Source of the DNA: Candidatus Latescibacterota bacterium
Lineage (GTDB): Bacteria > Latescibacterota > UBA2968 > GCA-2709665
Reading direction: 5' to 3'
DNA: 64,000 bases
NCBI GenBank assembly: GCA_963667175.2
Contig: CAXXXF010000007.1
Location: 32,001-96,000, forward strand
The notes under the pieces were generated by a model. The model was given only the letters and a program-made list of their open reading frames with translations. It made no database searches and was not told where the DNA came from. Below are positions 10,721-19,988 of the stretch, piece by piece. Position 1 is the stretch's first letter. Every line of letters begins with the position of its first letter. Position numbers and translations under genes: made by a program.

Positions 10721-11680
10721 TTAAAAAAGCCGGGGCGCTGCAGCGGGCCCGGACGTCGAATCGCAAATCAGGTTTTCAAGTGACTCTAATTTGTCAGGAA
10801 TCCACCGTGCGCCCCTCTCGACAAGACTTGCATTGCCCGATTTCCTGTTTTCCGTGCGTTTCACCCAGAGGGGAACCCAGCCGGCTTTCAGGTTTTCGAG
10901 CGCGCCGTTCCACGTTCCCCCCCGGTTCGGCGTACTGCTGACCACAATTCCAGCCGCGGACAGGCAATAGATGTACCGGTTTCGGCCCATCGCGTTGCCG
11001 ACATTGAAACCCGCTTCCGGATTGAAAGGGGTTACCAGCACCAGGTCACGTGAAACAAGAAACTTGCGGTACTTCGCAGATGTCGCCGCCCGGATCAGAC
11101 TGTCCGCCAGAACGCCGACGGCAGTGCCTCCGCTCTCCAGTGCGCTCACCATTGCACTCTGGTCGACCCCGCGGGCTCCGCCCGATACGACCGTATGTCC
11201 CTGCCGAGCGGTGGCGGCGCCCAGTCTCTCCGCGAAAGTAAGGTCCGTTCGGCCGGCATTTCGGGAGCCGACGACGGCGATGCCGCCGCGCGGAAGCAGT
11301 ATCTTGTTTCCGCAGCCGAACAGCACCGGTGGAGATTCCAGCCGAAGCCGGCGTTTCAATTGTACCGGATACTCCGGATCGGATTGAGCAACGACCCACA
11401 GACCCGCACGCTGCCATCTCTCGAGCGACAGACCGAACGCCCCACCACGATCCATCAGGCTCTCGAGTCTGGCCAGCGTAATCGAACGATCCATCCAACC
11501 CGAGAGCTCGTTCTTCAATTCACCCTTCAACAAGGCCGACGCATCCAGCTTGCGATCCTTCAGCCAGGCCGCGAGGCGGGCCCACTCTCTCGGCGAAAGT
11601 GGTTTCGCCGTCGCCCCTTCGGATCTTCCAAACGAAACCGTGAGAAGCATCACCACCTGGGTATGGGAATCCAGATTCAT
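10721..11680 (-). CDS. dprA: DprA/Smf-family DNA processing protein (accessory type)
   Basis: YP..L..PPVLFGCGN, AVVGSR, VSGGARGVD, AMGRNRYIY and GGTW motifs. Confidence 0.88.
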   Translation of the reverse strand: MNLDSHTQVVMLLTVSFGRSEGATAKPLSPREWARLAAWLKDRKLDASALLKGELKNELSGWMDRSITLARLESLMDRGGAFGLSLERWQRAGLWVVAQSDPEYPVQLKRRLRLESPPVLFGCGNKILLPRGGIAVVGSRNAGRTDLTFAERLGAATARQGHTVVSGGARGVDQSAMVSALESGGTAVGVLADSLIRAATSAKYRKFLVSRDLVLVTPFNPEAGFNVGNAMGRNRYIYCLSAAGIVVSSTPNRGGTWNGALENLKAGWVPLWVKRTENRKSGNASLVERGARWIPDKLESLENLICDSTSGPAAAPRLF

Positions 11681-11681
11681 A

Positions 11682-11782
11682 TCAAGCTGCCATTCTTGTC
11701 GTCGATAGAGCCAGCGGCCAAACGGGACCGCTGCCGGCCATTCGAAGCAACGCTGCGATGACAGTCAACGTCCATCCGGAGT
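11682..11782 (-). pseudogene. C-terminal stub of a RecQ-helicase/PRT-domain fusion gene
   Basis: VDSGWTLTVIAALLRMAGSGPVWPLAL resembles the PRT-like C-terminus of RecQ proteins encoded upstream of dprA; the stop lies 1 bp before the dprA start. Confidence 0.65.
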
Positions 11783-11841
11783 CGACGACGCAAAAAACTC
11801 GCCCTAAAGTTCTGGCGTCAAAGGGATACACGGGAGAGTGA
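11783..11841 (+). repeat. Degenerate direct copy of the 3' end of gene 9305..10564
   Basis: CGACGACGCAAA..AACTCGCC..TGG.CGTCAAAGGGATACAC..TGA matches 10504-10564. Confidence 0.85.
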
Positions 11842-11897
11842 GAGGGATCCTTCGAGATCCTGCAAGACCACAGGTACGAAAGCCGCGCAGAGCAGAA

Positions 11898-12045
11898 GAA
11901 AGGTTGGAGATGCGCCAACAGTGTGTACGATTTCTCGCTCCGACTGCTTGTTTAGTTAGGTTTATAAGGCCTAACCAAGGAAAGCAGGCGGTCTGTACCT
12001 CATTCGTATTTTATCGACGAGGCAAAAGGCGCATCTCCAATTCTT
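11898..12045 (-). ncRNA. DRT3-associated structured ncRNA with ACACAC putative template
   Basis: Perfect 13-bp closing stem (12028-12040 with 11904-11916), three internal hairpins including CGA-GAAA-UCG, unpaired ACACAC at 11921-11926; lies directly downstream of drt3b. Confidence 0.8.
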
Positions 12046-12057
12046 GCGTGTCGGGCA

Positions 12058-14040
12058 CTATGCGTATACGGTACCCAACTTCTTCTTTTCTATCATTTTC
12101 AGCAGACCGATACCCTTCCAGCGAACAAACCAATGCGTTTTCTCCATCTCGCGTGTGATTTTGCACGCGGTTTCCTTATTGATTGTGCCAATAGCGGAGT
12201 TTCTCCGGTTCAATATTGGCCAAACACCCATCAAGAGTTCACCCCGTTTTGTTGCGTCTATATGAGGGCATGCCAACAGGTCGAGAAGAAGGTGTGTGAG
12301 TTCGGAATTGAAGGTAAGTTCATCCGCGGCCACAATTCTCTCACAAGCCGACCGGAACACATCATCTATTCGGTCTCGAAGACTACAGTCATCTCCATAT
12401 ATAAACAGTTGCACAATCACATTGAAATAACCTGCGTCCCTGAGGTCGGGCTCCGCGACATCCATGAGCTCGGCTGTAAGCGTTCCATCGTCAGTGAATT
12501 CTCTGACGCATGCAAGGATATTTAACAGCTCGATTGGTACAATCCGGTTTCTCTTAATTAGATCTTTCACCGCCGGTGATCTTGCGAACTGATTGGTCCA
12601 CCTAACTATCGCTTCTCGTGCGATCTCAAAACCCTCAGGATCGTGGTCGACGAAGTGTTGTCCCGTTCGCAAGATTGCATGTGAGAGGTTCTGCGATGAT
12701 GCAACCGTTGGATGAAGCATAAAGTAATGGAAACCGACTTCCAAAAGAAACAAGACCACTTGCCTATAGTCCAACGTCGCGATAGCAACTCCGTTTGTTT
12801 TCCTCGTTTGAAGGTGTGAGTCCGCCAGTTCGGTGATCTGGCGATCCACAGTGCTAATGACGTAGCTCGCGACCGCATCATATCCCGCCTGAGCGGCCTG
12901 GCAGGCAGCCTTAACTTCCCGAGTAAAGCTTAGAAAAAGAGAACGCCGTTTCTTGATCCGACTTGGAACGATTAAGCGGGTACCACAATGATCAGTTTCT
13001 TTAAATATTTGATTTTCAAGGTTTTGTATACTTACATCCACCCTGTCAATCACGATAGATTTGCGCGTGTAGAAGGGTCTCTCGAGATTCTCAGTCTTTC
13101 CTTCGTTAAGGTAGAGCTTATATTCAGATAGGGCATTCCGAATTTCATCCTGAATTATAGATGTTGATTCGCGGGTGTTGGCGAAAACATAGTAGTTGTC
13201 TACGTATCGCCGACAGTCAAAGTGGGTCTTTTCAGTAAGTTTAAACTGGTTCAGTCGGTCACGGAGGTTCTGATCGACCTTGGCAAGTATAATCTCGGCA
13301 AAGAGGCGACTCGCTTCCGGTCCTATGCAAATTCCGCTGGTCTCGCCGTAGTTAAGGGATCGCATTACAAGGTCGAATTGATTCCCAAATGATCGCGCTC
13401 TTGGGCTTTTCTTTGCGGACTCTTTATCCGTTACAGCCCATGTAATCGAGTGGGTATATATACTGTCGAAACATTTGCCTATGTCTAATATAAGCATATG
13501 CTTATACTTTTTTTCAAGTTGGATGTAATCTTCCGACGAAAAGAAGCGATACAGTCGGTTATATCGTCGGTAAGTGAAGTAAGTTTCAGGGTTTCTCTCG
13601 ATATTATCGACAGCGGACGCGTCAATTGAAGCATTCTTTCGGTTGTTTTCACCCCCAATAAACGATCTGCCTATACCTACAGGCTTGCGTATCGAAAATG
13701 AGCTCCGTCCGCCAAATTCGCAAATTAGCTGATCGTACTTTTCGTAAAATCTAGCGATTTTTGCCTGCCCGTGCGGATGGATCAGGCTCAGTTTCCTGAC
13801 ACCCTCTTCATCGTGCGCGATCGCATAAATGAACGGGATTGTATAGTTCCGCTTGCAAAGGACCAGAGCACCTATCAGCTCTTTCAATTTATCGGTTTTG
13901 GCATCGCATTCCGACAGGTTCTTGTAGAAACCATCATTGCTGAAAATTATCGGCACCTCAATTGGCGCGGTGTCCGTCAATACCGTTCGCCAGACGTCTG
14001 AACGGTTAAGTCGTACACGTCTCTTGGATGGGCTAGGCAT
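12058..14040 (-). CDS. drt3b: Antiviral reverse transcriptase Drt3b (DRT type 3)
   Basis: R.VLTDT.P.EVPIIFSNDGFY N-terminus, LDIGKCFDSIYTHSI.WA, GICIGPEASRLFAEIIL, RYVDN; 660 aa; overlaps the end of drt3a. Confidence 0.9.
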   Translation of the reverse strand: MPSPSKRRVRLNRSDVWRTVLTDTAPIEVPIIFSNDGFYKNLSECDAKTDKLKELIGALVLCKRNYTIPFIYAIAHDEEGVRKLSLIHPHGQAKIARFYEKYDQLICEFGGRSSFSIRKPVGIGRSFIGGENNRKNASIDASAVDNIERNPETYFTYRRYNRLYRFFSSEDYIQLEKKYKHMLILDIGKCFDSIYTHSITWAVTDKESAKKSPRARSFGNQFDLVMRSLNYGETSGICIGPEASRLFAEIILAKVDQNLRDRLNQFKLTEKTHFDCRRYVDNYYVFANTRESTSIIQDEIRNALSEYKLYLNEGKTENLERPFYTRKSIVIDRVDVSIQNLENQIFKETDHCGTRLIVPSRIKKRRSLFLSFTREVKAACQAAQAGYDAVASYVISTVDRQITELADSHLQTRKTNGVAIATLDYRQVVLFLLEVGFHYFMLHPTVASSQNLSHAILRTGQHFVDHDPEGFEIAREAIVRWTNQFARSPAVKDLIKRNRIVPIELLNILACVREFTDDGTLTAELMDVAEPDLRDAGYFNVIVQLFIYGDDCSLRDRIDDVFRSACERIVAADELTFNSELTHLLLDLLACPHIDATKRGELLMGVWPILNRRNSAIGTINKETACKITREMEKTHWFVRWKGIGLLKMIEKKKLGTVYA

Positions 14041-15265
14041 ATTTCCAACATTTGATTAGCTGATTGAGTCTGTCCGGTGGAAAGTGGAAGTGGATTCTAT
14101 TGACGAACCCACCAGTAAATGTCAGTCTGAGCAACTCCTTCCTTTGAGATTTCGAAAGTACCTGCGCCAACGGACCACAGATTTTCCCTGTATTGGAGAG
14201 AAGGACCTTTCTCAAGAACTGATCCAGCTCCGTTAAAGCCGATGAAGGCCAGCTTATCAGTCCGTATGTATGGTACACACCCGCAAATCGGACGCGATCA
14301 TTTTTCGAGTCGTGAAAACTATAGTTGCAAGTCAGTAGCTTAAGACGATCGTGTAAGTCCTTGAAATCTTGGTCCCTAATGAATTGGAGCAGAGATCGTA
14401 TCACTCGGGTTTTTCGTTTGTTGATCTTTGATCGAGCGATGTCGATTCTAACCGTTCGGTCGTATGGAATTGAGTTTCCAATCTCGTGGACTTCAAAAGA
14501 GAAACCCAAATATTCGAACCTGTGTTCGATCGTTGGATTTGGGCTACGTTTGTTGCGAAATTCAATCAATCTGGTCTTCCGCGCGTTTAATCGTAGACCC
14601 ATAGGCAGAAGGTTTGCTATTTCCTTACGGAAAGACTTAAAATCACCGTCCGGTTGTGCGACTACAATGATGTCGTCGACGTACCTACAATACAACCGTA
14701 TCAATGATTTAGTTCTAACTTGACCGTCAAAGTCTTGCATATAGAATTCGCTCAACGCAGCGCTTATTGATAAACCGCGAGGCATACCACTGACACAATT
14801 GACAGCACACTGATCGATAAATCTGCCGAGGACAAGCCTCGTGCCGGGCGCTGTGAGCAAACGACATCTCAACAGTTCCTTCAAGTTATCTTGATCGATT
14901 GTTTCGTAAAAGCTCTGGATGTCGATTTTCGCTACGCAATACGGAAGCCCCTCTTCAAGAAGTAGCCGAAGGCGTCGAACAATCTCCACCCGGTTGCTCT
15001 GTTTCGTGTTCGCTATCGTTCGGAGATTCTCGGCCGCTTTCCGCAACACAAGCTCAGACGGAAGATGAGTCAGACGGTAGACTAACTTTCCTGATACGGA
15101 GTTGGTCTGCAATCGAAGATCCGTGAACCCGTTTCTACCAATTTCAGCGGCCTTGTTGATTATGGACGTACGCTTTATCGGATCTGTAAGTGACGGGTAT
15201 CGGCGGAAGTCGCTTGTGCGTATGTGGCGTTCAAGCGAACTCGCACTGAATGTAGGATCATACAT
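14033..15265 (-). CDS. drt3a: Antiviral reverse transcriptase Drt3a (DRT type 3)
   Basis: MYDPTFS start, DIQSFYE, GMPRGLSISAALSE, RYVDDI, FEYLGF; 410 aa. Confidence 0.9.
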   Translation of the reverse strand: MYDPTFSASSLERHIRTSDFRRYPSLTDPIKRTSIINKAAEIGRNGFTDLRLQTNSVSGKLVYRLTHLPSELVLRKAAENLRTIANTKQSNRVEIVRRLRLLLEEGLPYCVAKIDIQSFYETIDQDNLKELLRCRLLTAPGTRLVLGRFIDQCAVNCVSGMPRGLSISAALSEFYMQDFDGQVRTKSLIRLYCRYVDDIIVVAQPDGDFKSFRKEIANLLPMGLRLNARKTRLIEFRNKRSPNPTIEHRFEYLGFSFEVHEIGNSIPYDRTVRIDIARSKINKRKTRVIRSLLQFIRDQDFKDLHDRLKLLTCNYSFHDSKNDRVRFAGVYHTYGLISWPSSALTELDQFLRKVLLSNTGKICGPLAQVLSKSQRKELLRLTFTGGFVNRIHFHFPPDRLNQLIKCWKYA

Positions 15266-15546
15266 GGTTTAATTCTGGCGGACCGGACCCAAAAGCCGTA
15301 ATGTGCGAGATACCTTAAGCACTGCGCGGAATCCCAGCGTAATGATGTGTTGTGATCCAATAAAATATCTGAGCCTGTTAGTCCCCAGTACAGAGACACA
15401 TAACGGCGGAACTAAGGAAATCTATCTAATGTTGTTATCCGGCAAGGCGAACACCATTTCAACGTCACGCGCAATTACGAAATCAGAGACCCGTAGACGA
15501 GCCGACCAAATCATCGACAGACAGTGTGCGTGCAGACTATAGAGGG

Positions 15547-16464
15547 TCAATTAGCTTCGTTGCCAGCTATGCTGGCCAAGGTCGCCGCGGATACATCACA
15601 GCCTTTAGCCAAGTACCCAATTCCGGCCTCAGACAACCGCGATGTCAACTCGTCGGAAAACCAGTTCGCCAAGGTTATTGCGAATTTGCACGGGATGTCA
15701 AACTCGCAGTCGTAGTAACGCGAAAGAAATGGAACGTCATTCACAGGAACATTCGGTACTTCATCTGTGAGTTCGGCATAGGCCAGAGTCTGAATCATGT
15801 GAAGTGTGAGTCGGGTAAACCATGCCATTCTATACGCACCGACGGATAGGCTCTGTGAGCCATCGTGCATCACCAAGTTTACCAAATCATCAGGTTCTGG
15901 GAGGTTGTCATTGCCGTGAAAAACATGGTCTCTAAACCCTGCGATCAGCAGGCCGGCCTTACCAAGCAGAGTGACCTCGCTCCCCTTCAATAGCCTCCGG
16001 CGGATAGCTGTCTTGTCCGTAGCAAGGGACAGACTGATCTGGTACACCGAAGTCACCAAATCGACGTGTGCGGGTGGAACCGCATTGAGCAATTCAATTC
16101 GGGCTTTATTACCCTTGGTTGTCAGTTGGCGGCCAGACAGAGACCGATGTCGGATCAACTCGTATGCATTCCAAACAAAATGAAAACGCACGAGTTCCAG
16201 CATGTAATCATCCAAAAGGTCACTTTGCCGATTATCATAAGCTGATGCACTGGAGCAATAGGACCAAGCCTTGTAGAGGTCTGCGGCAGATGCGTCTGTA
16301 ACGACACGTGAAACAGATGCGGGTGGGAACAAGGAATTTGCCGCCGAATACCACACAGACGATTCCCCCCGCATCACGTCATGGCCTTGGAACAGCTCAA
16401 GAAGGAAGCGCATCCGGGCGGACACTGTAGCCAGTGAAACGCGATGTGCAATTTGAATCTCCAC
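15547..16464 (-). CDS. Hypothetical protein with HEPN-like RxxxxH motif
   Basis: F.FVWNAYE helix followed by RDHVFHG; located in the defence island. Confidence 0.6.
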   Translation of the reverse strand: MEIQIAHRVSLATVSARMRFLLELFQGHDVMRGESSVWYSAANSLFPPASVSRVVTDASAADLYKAWSYCSSASAYDNRQSDLLDDYMLELVRFHFVWNAYELIRHRSLSGRQLTTKGNKARIELLNAVPPAHVDLVTSVYQISLSLATDKTAIRRRLLKGSEVTLLGKAGLLIAGFRDHVFHGNDNLPEPDDLVNLVMHDGSQSLSVGAYRMAWFTRLTLHMIQTLAYAELTDEVPNVPVNDVPFLSRYYDCEFDIPCKFAITLANWFSDELTSRLSEAGIGYLAKGCDVSAATLASIAGNEAN

Positions 16465-16708
16465 TACTCAAACCATGCCGTGATATTGATTGTAAAGCTT
16501 CCGCGAGGGAATAGGCAATAACAGGATCCTTTCCGTGCCCTCTGTAAAAATGCTGATCGCAGACGTCGGTCGGGCTCGATCGGTGAAGAATGTTGTAAGT
16601 CTTTGAGGATGGCTTACTGTCTTGTCTTTTTACATGTCGCCCGGTATCGTAGTCAATGCGATCTTCGAGGGGCTAACTGAGATGCGGATCCGTGGCACTG
16701 TCCGCCGC

Positions 16709-17143
16709 TCACCCCACACTCACCGCCCCCAACAACACCGCCGGATTCTCGATTTCCTCGTTGAATGCAGCGTTTGCGAGTTTCTGGTCGAATGTCGCCA
16801 AACTGGCCTCGCGCCGGGTCGCCGTCTCGAGATAGCTCGCGTCATATACGGTCAGGTTGTGTCTTTGCGCGAGGTCCAGGACCGCGGCCTCGTTGCGTTC
16901 CGTGTCCTCGCACAATGAAAACCCGTCGGTCAGTTGAATCAGACATGCATCGAACTGCCGTTGGTTTATCCGGTTGAAGCGCTTAGCGTTGAGCAAGACG
17001 TTCCGAATCTCATACCAGAAGATGATCGGCGTGATGCTCTCAGTGGTATCGAGGTGTTCGAGAATCGTGCGCGCAAAGTGACTATAAACTTCGTCAGGCA
17101 GTAGTTGGGCCCCCATCACCGACGCGTCGATTACGGTGGCCAT
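16709..17143 (-). CDS. vapC: VapC-family PIN-domain toxin
   Basis: VIDAS, YEIRNVL, LTVYDASYL and LATFDQKL motifs; ATG overlaps the res stop (TGATG). Confidence 0.9.
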   Translation of the reverse strand: MATVIDASVMGAQLLPDEVYSHFARTILEHLDTTESITPIIFWYEIRNVLLNAKRFNRINQRQFDACLIQLTDGFSLCEDTERNEAAVLDLAQRHNLTVYDASYLETATRREASLATFDQKLANAAFNEEIENPAVLLGAVSVG

Positions 17144-19986
17144 CAGCCCCGGCCCTCCTCTTTCCATTGGCGGATTTCGTCTTGCGTGACTGGCCTCATC
17201 TCGCGTTGGCGTTCACTTGATTCGTTAAGCGCTTTTTTCCACAACAACGCGCCGAAAGTCCGGTGCTCGTCAGAGAACTCTGACTGGTTTATCCTCGTGT
17301 ATTTCCAGGCCTTTCCAGTGGCTTCGCTTACCCGCTTGCACCAATCCCTTGCAGCGTCGTCTTTTCGTTCAGTCCCTGGCCACTCACGGCCCTTGGTTTC
17401 GACAATCCAACTGACTTCGCCGCCCCCGACTTTCTGGACCACCACCCAATCGGGGAAATAGAAGCCGATTGCCCCACTCTTCTTCAGGTAATCGATCCTA
17501 AACGTGGATGCGGAACTCCCCTGTTCTGTGGTACCGAGCGCAGCGAAACGTGTGACGTCTCCAGCGCGGTCCAGGAAAACTGCGAATTCGCGCTCAAAGT
17601 GGTTGTACGTAGCCACGAGATTGAAGATAGTCTTCCTTGCCTCCATTAGTGGCAGATTTCTTTTCCAACCAAAGCGTTTCGTCATAGATAGTCGGAAATC
17701 CTCTTTTTCAAATGTTACCGCACGCCGCTCAATGGATAGTTCCCCGATCTTGCCCGCGATGTACGTGGCGATACTTTCTTGTAACTCCAATCTCGCTAGA
17801 TGGGAGCGGACATTATTATCCGTCAGTTCGATCTTGCGTCCAAAACATCGGTTTGAAACATAATTCTGTACGATAGGGTAAATTTCCGCGAAACAGTTGG
17901 TAAGGTTAGCGCGGTCAGCGGTCTTGTTGGCGATACTCGCCAAGAGTTCACGGGCTGAATTTGGTTCTACAGCAATGTCCGCCTGATGTACCTCCGTCTC
18001 GGTAGTAGCAAATTCCATTCTCAGGCGTATCCGGTATGCTTCGGATAGTTCTTGCCTCTGGTGAATTGCCTCAAGTAAATGAACTTTCAGCGCGGACACC
18101 TTCCGAAAATCATGGGTTAGAGTTGGCTTTGTGATCGGTATGGCGATGTCGTAATTCAGCCGTTCAAGCACGGGTTCGATGTAGACTGGCAACGGCGGGT
18201 TCTTTTTGGTGGTTACGACTCCTACCCCCTCCACTTCGAGTTGATGACGCAAGACGTTGAGCAGGTTGCGCGTGCCAAGCACTTCGAGTGTCTGGGTCTG
18301 GTCGGGGCTTATTTGCGTCATTAGCCGAAGTCCGCGACCGATGGCCTGTTCGGGAAGGATCTCAGCCGTCGCGGTGAATGGGCGTAAACCGAGAACTACC
18401 GTCACGTTCCGCACGTTCCATCCCTCGCGCAACATCATCACACTGACGATTACCTTAATTCTGCTCTCGGGCTTATCGATATCCCGCGCCGCTTTACGTG
18501 CTTTCTCAATGTCTCCTCTTCGAATTTCCCCAGTGTTGTCAGTGTGGATAACGAGCACTTCGGATTCCTTGAATCCGAATTCCTCCGTTTTGCACAGGTA
18601 CTCTCCCATTACATCAGCATGGGCGTTTTTCTCAGCCATAACAAAAAGCACTGGCCTCATGTTGAGTTTCCTATAAATCCGCCAGTGTTCCTTCCAACGC
18701 TGGACGGCGGCTCTTAACCAATATCCGTATTTCTCCACGACGTTTTTCTTATTGACGCTGTTGGGGTCTTCTGCAGGTTGATCTGGATCATCTTCTTTGC
18801 TGACGATGATGGGCGCCTTGACGATCCTATCCTCCACGGCCTGCGCCAATGGATAGTCCACGACTGTCCATGGGAAGTACATCCCGTTCTGGTCCTTGGG
18901 TGTGGCAGAAAAGTCGAGCCACATGCTGAGGCCCCGTGGCAACTTATCGTTAATGGATAGAAGCGATTGGCTCCAGGTTAGATCTTCCCTATGGACATGG
19001 TGCGCTTCGTCATTTAGTACGACGAGGTCCGGAAGTGACTTTACGCGATCCAACATTGAACGATGACCGGATGCCGCGAGGTCTTGTACGGGTTTCTTGC
19101 CCAGCATGAATTCAGCGGCGTTTTGCGGAGTCGGCCTCTTGTAGCGAGATTCGTAGAGTTGATGAATATTGGTGAGAAACAGATTCCCGGAAGGGTCGGG
19201 CTCAGCGGCTTCACCACGCAGGATCACCTTTTGAGAGAAAGTGCCATACCATTCCGGAGGTATTAACGGCAGTTCGTGGAATACCTGGTTGTTTGCAAAG
19301 TCCTTCTCCAACCGCTGGTAGACAATGACGTTAGGCGCCACGATGAGGAAGTTTGTGGAGAGCTCCGATCCTGGAACTAACTGCTTATGGAAGCGCGACC
19401 AAACAACTGCCATCGCCATCGCCCACGTCTTGCCGGAACCCGTGGCCATCTTGAAGGCAAATCGCCGGAGATTATCGGGCGGTAGGTCCTGTTCGCCGAC
19501 GCCATTCAGTTCCGGAACATATCGGCGAATCCGTCTTATTCCATTCGGTGTTGTTCTAAACTCGAGGTTCATCGATAGGAGGTCTTTTCGCTGAATCGAG
19601 CCTTGGGCCTTAATGAGAGCTTGAACATCGAGCTGACCCGCTATTTCCACCAACCAGACCAGTGTTTCTATAGCTTCCCTTTGGCAGAAGTAGTACCGAA
19701 ATGGAACGTCAAATCCGTCGACAATGTGGTCCTCGTCGAACCAAAATTCGAACAGGCGTCGCGTAACATCCGATGCCCCCTCATATCCCCCATTGCGCCA
19801 CGCATCAACTGCCTCGCGAACCTTCGGCACCAAAAGAAGATTACTTGGACGCCTTCCCGAACAATCCTCTCGCCATCCGGTTGGCACTTCGTCATCTCTG
19901 ACGAGGTAGGATGTTGGCCTTTCCCATGGACGCCGGTGTCGGATTTCGGGTAAATCGTCGTCGTATCTGATAACGGCTTTGGCCAT
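17143..19986 (-). CDS. res: Type III restriction enzyme Res subunit (SF2 helicase plus PD-(D/E)xK) with C-terminal antitoxin-like extension
   Basis: MATGSGKT, NDEAHH, SATP, MLREGWNV, EQAIGRGLR and YFPDW..IVETKG motifs. Confidence 0.88.
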   Translation of the reverse strand: MAKAVIRYDDDLPEIRHRRPWERPTSYLVRDDEVPTGWREDCSGRRPSNLLLVPKVREAVDAWRNGGYEGASDVTRRLFEFWFDEDHIVDGFDVPFRYYFCQREAIETLVWLVEIAGQLDVQALIKAQGSIQRKDLLSMNLEFRTTPNGIRRIRRYVPELNGVGEQDLPPDNLRRFAFKMATGSGKTWAMAMAVVWSRFHKQLVPGSELSTNFLIVAPNVIVYQRLEKDFANNQVFHELPLIPPEWYGTFSQKVILRGEAAEPDPSGNLFLTNIHQLYESRYKRPTPQNAAEFMLGKKPVQDLAASGHRSMLDRVKSLPDLVVLNDEAHHVHREDLTWSQSLLSINDKLPRGLSMWLDFSATPKDQNGMYFPWTVVDYPLAQAVEDRIVKAPIIVSKEDDPDQPAEDPNSVNKKNVVEKYGYWLRAAVQRWKEHWRIYRKLNMRPVLFVMAEKNAHADVMGEYLCKTEEFGFKESEVLVIHTDNTGEIRRGDIEKARKAARDIDKPESRIKVIVSVMMLREGWNVRNVTVVLGLRPFTATAEILPEQAIGRGLRLMTQISPDQTQTLEVLGTRNLLNVLRHQLEVEGVGVVTTKKNPPLPVYIEPVLERLNYDIAIPITKPTLTHDFRKVSALKVHLLEAIHQRQELSEAYRIRLRMEFATTETEVHQADIAVEPNSARELLASIANKTADRANLTNCFAEIYPIVQNYVSNRCFGRKIELTDNNVRSHLARLELQESIATYIAGKIGELSIERRAVTFEKEDFRLSMTKRFGWKRNLPLMEARKTIFNLVATYNHFEREFAVFLDRAGDVTRFAALGTTEQGSSASTFRIDYLKKSGAIGFYFPDWVVVQKVGGGEVSWIVETKGREWPGTERKDDAARDWCKRVSEATGKAWKYTRINQSEFSDEHRTFGALLWKKALNESSERQREMRPVTQDEIRQWKEEGRG

Positions 19987-19988
19987 TC

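Noticed and set aside
12058-15265. Retron, group II intron or DGR interpretation of the RTs
   Set aside because: Two tandem RTs with DRT3-type N-termini; no intron maturase/endonuclease domain, no TR/VR pair, and the RNA lies downstream rather than as an upstream msr-msd.
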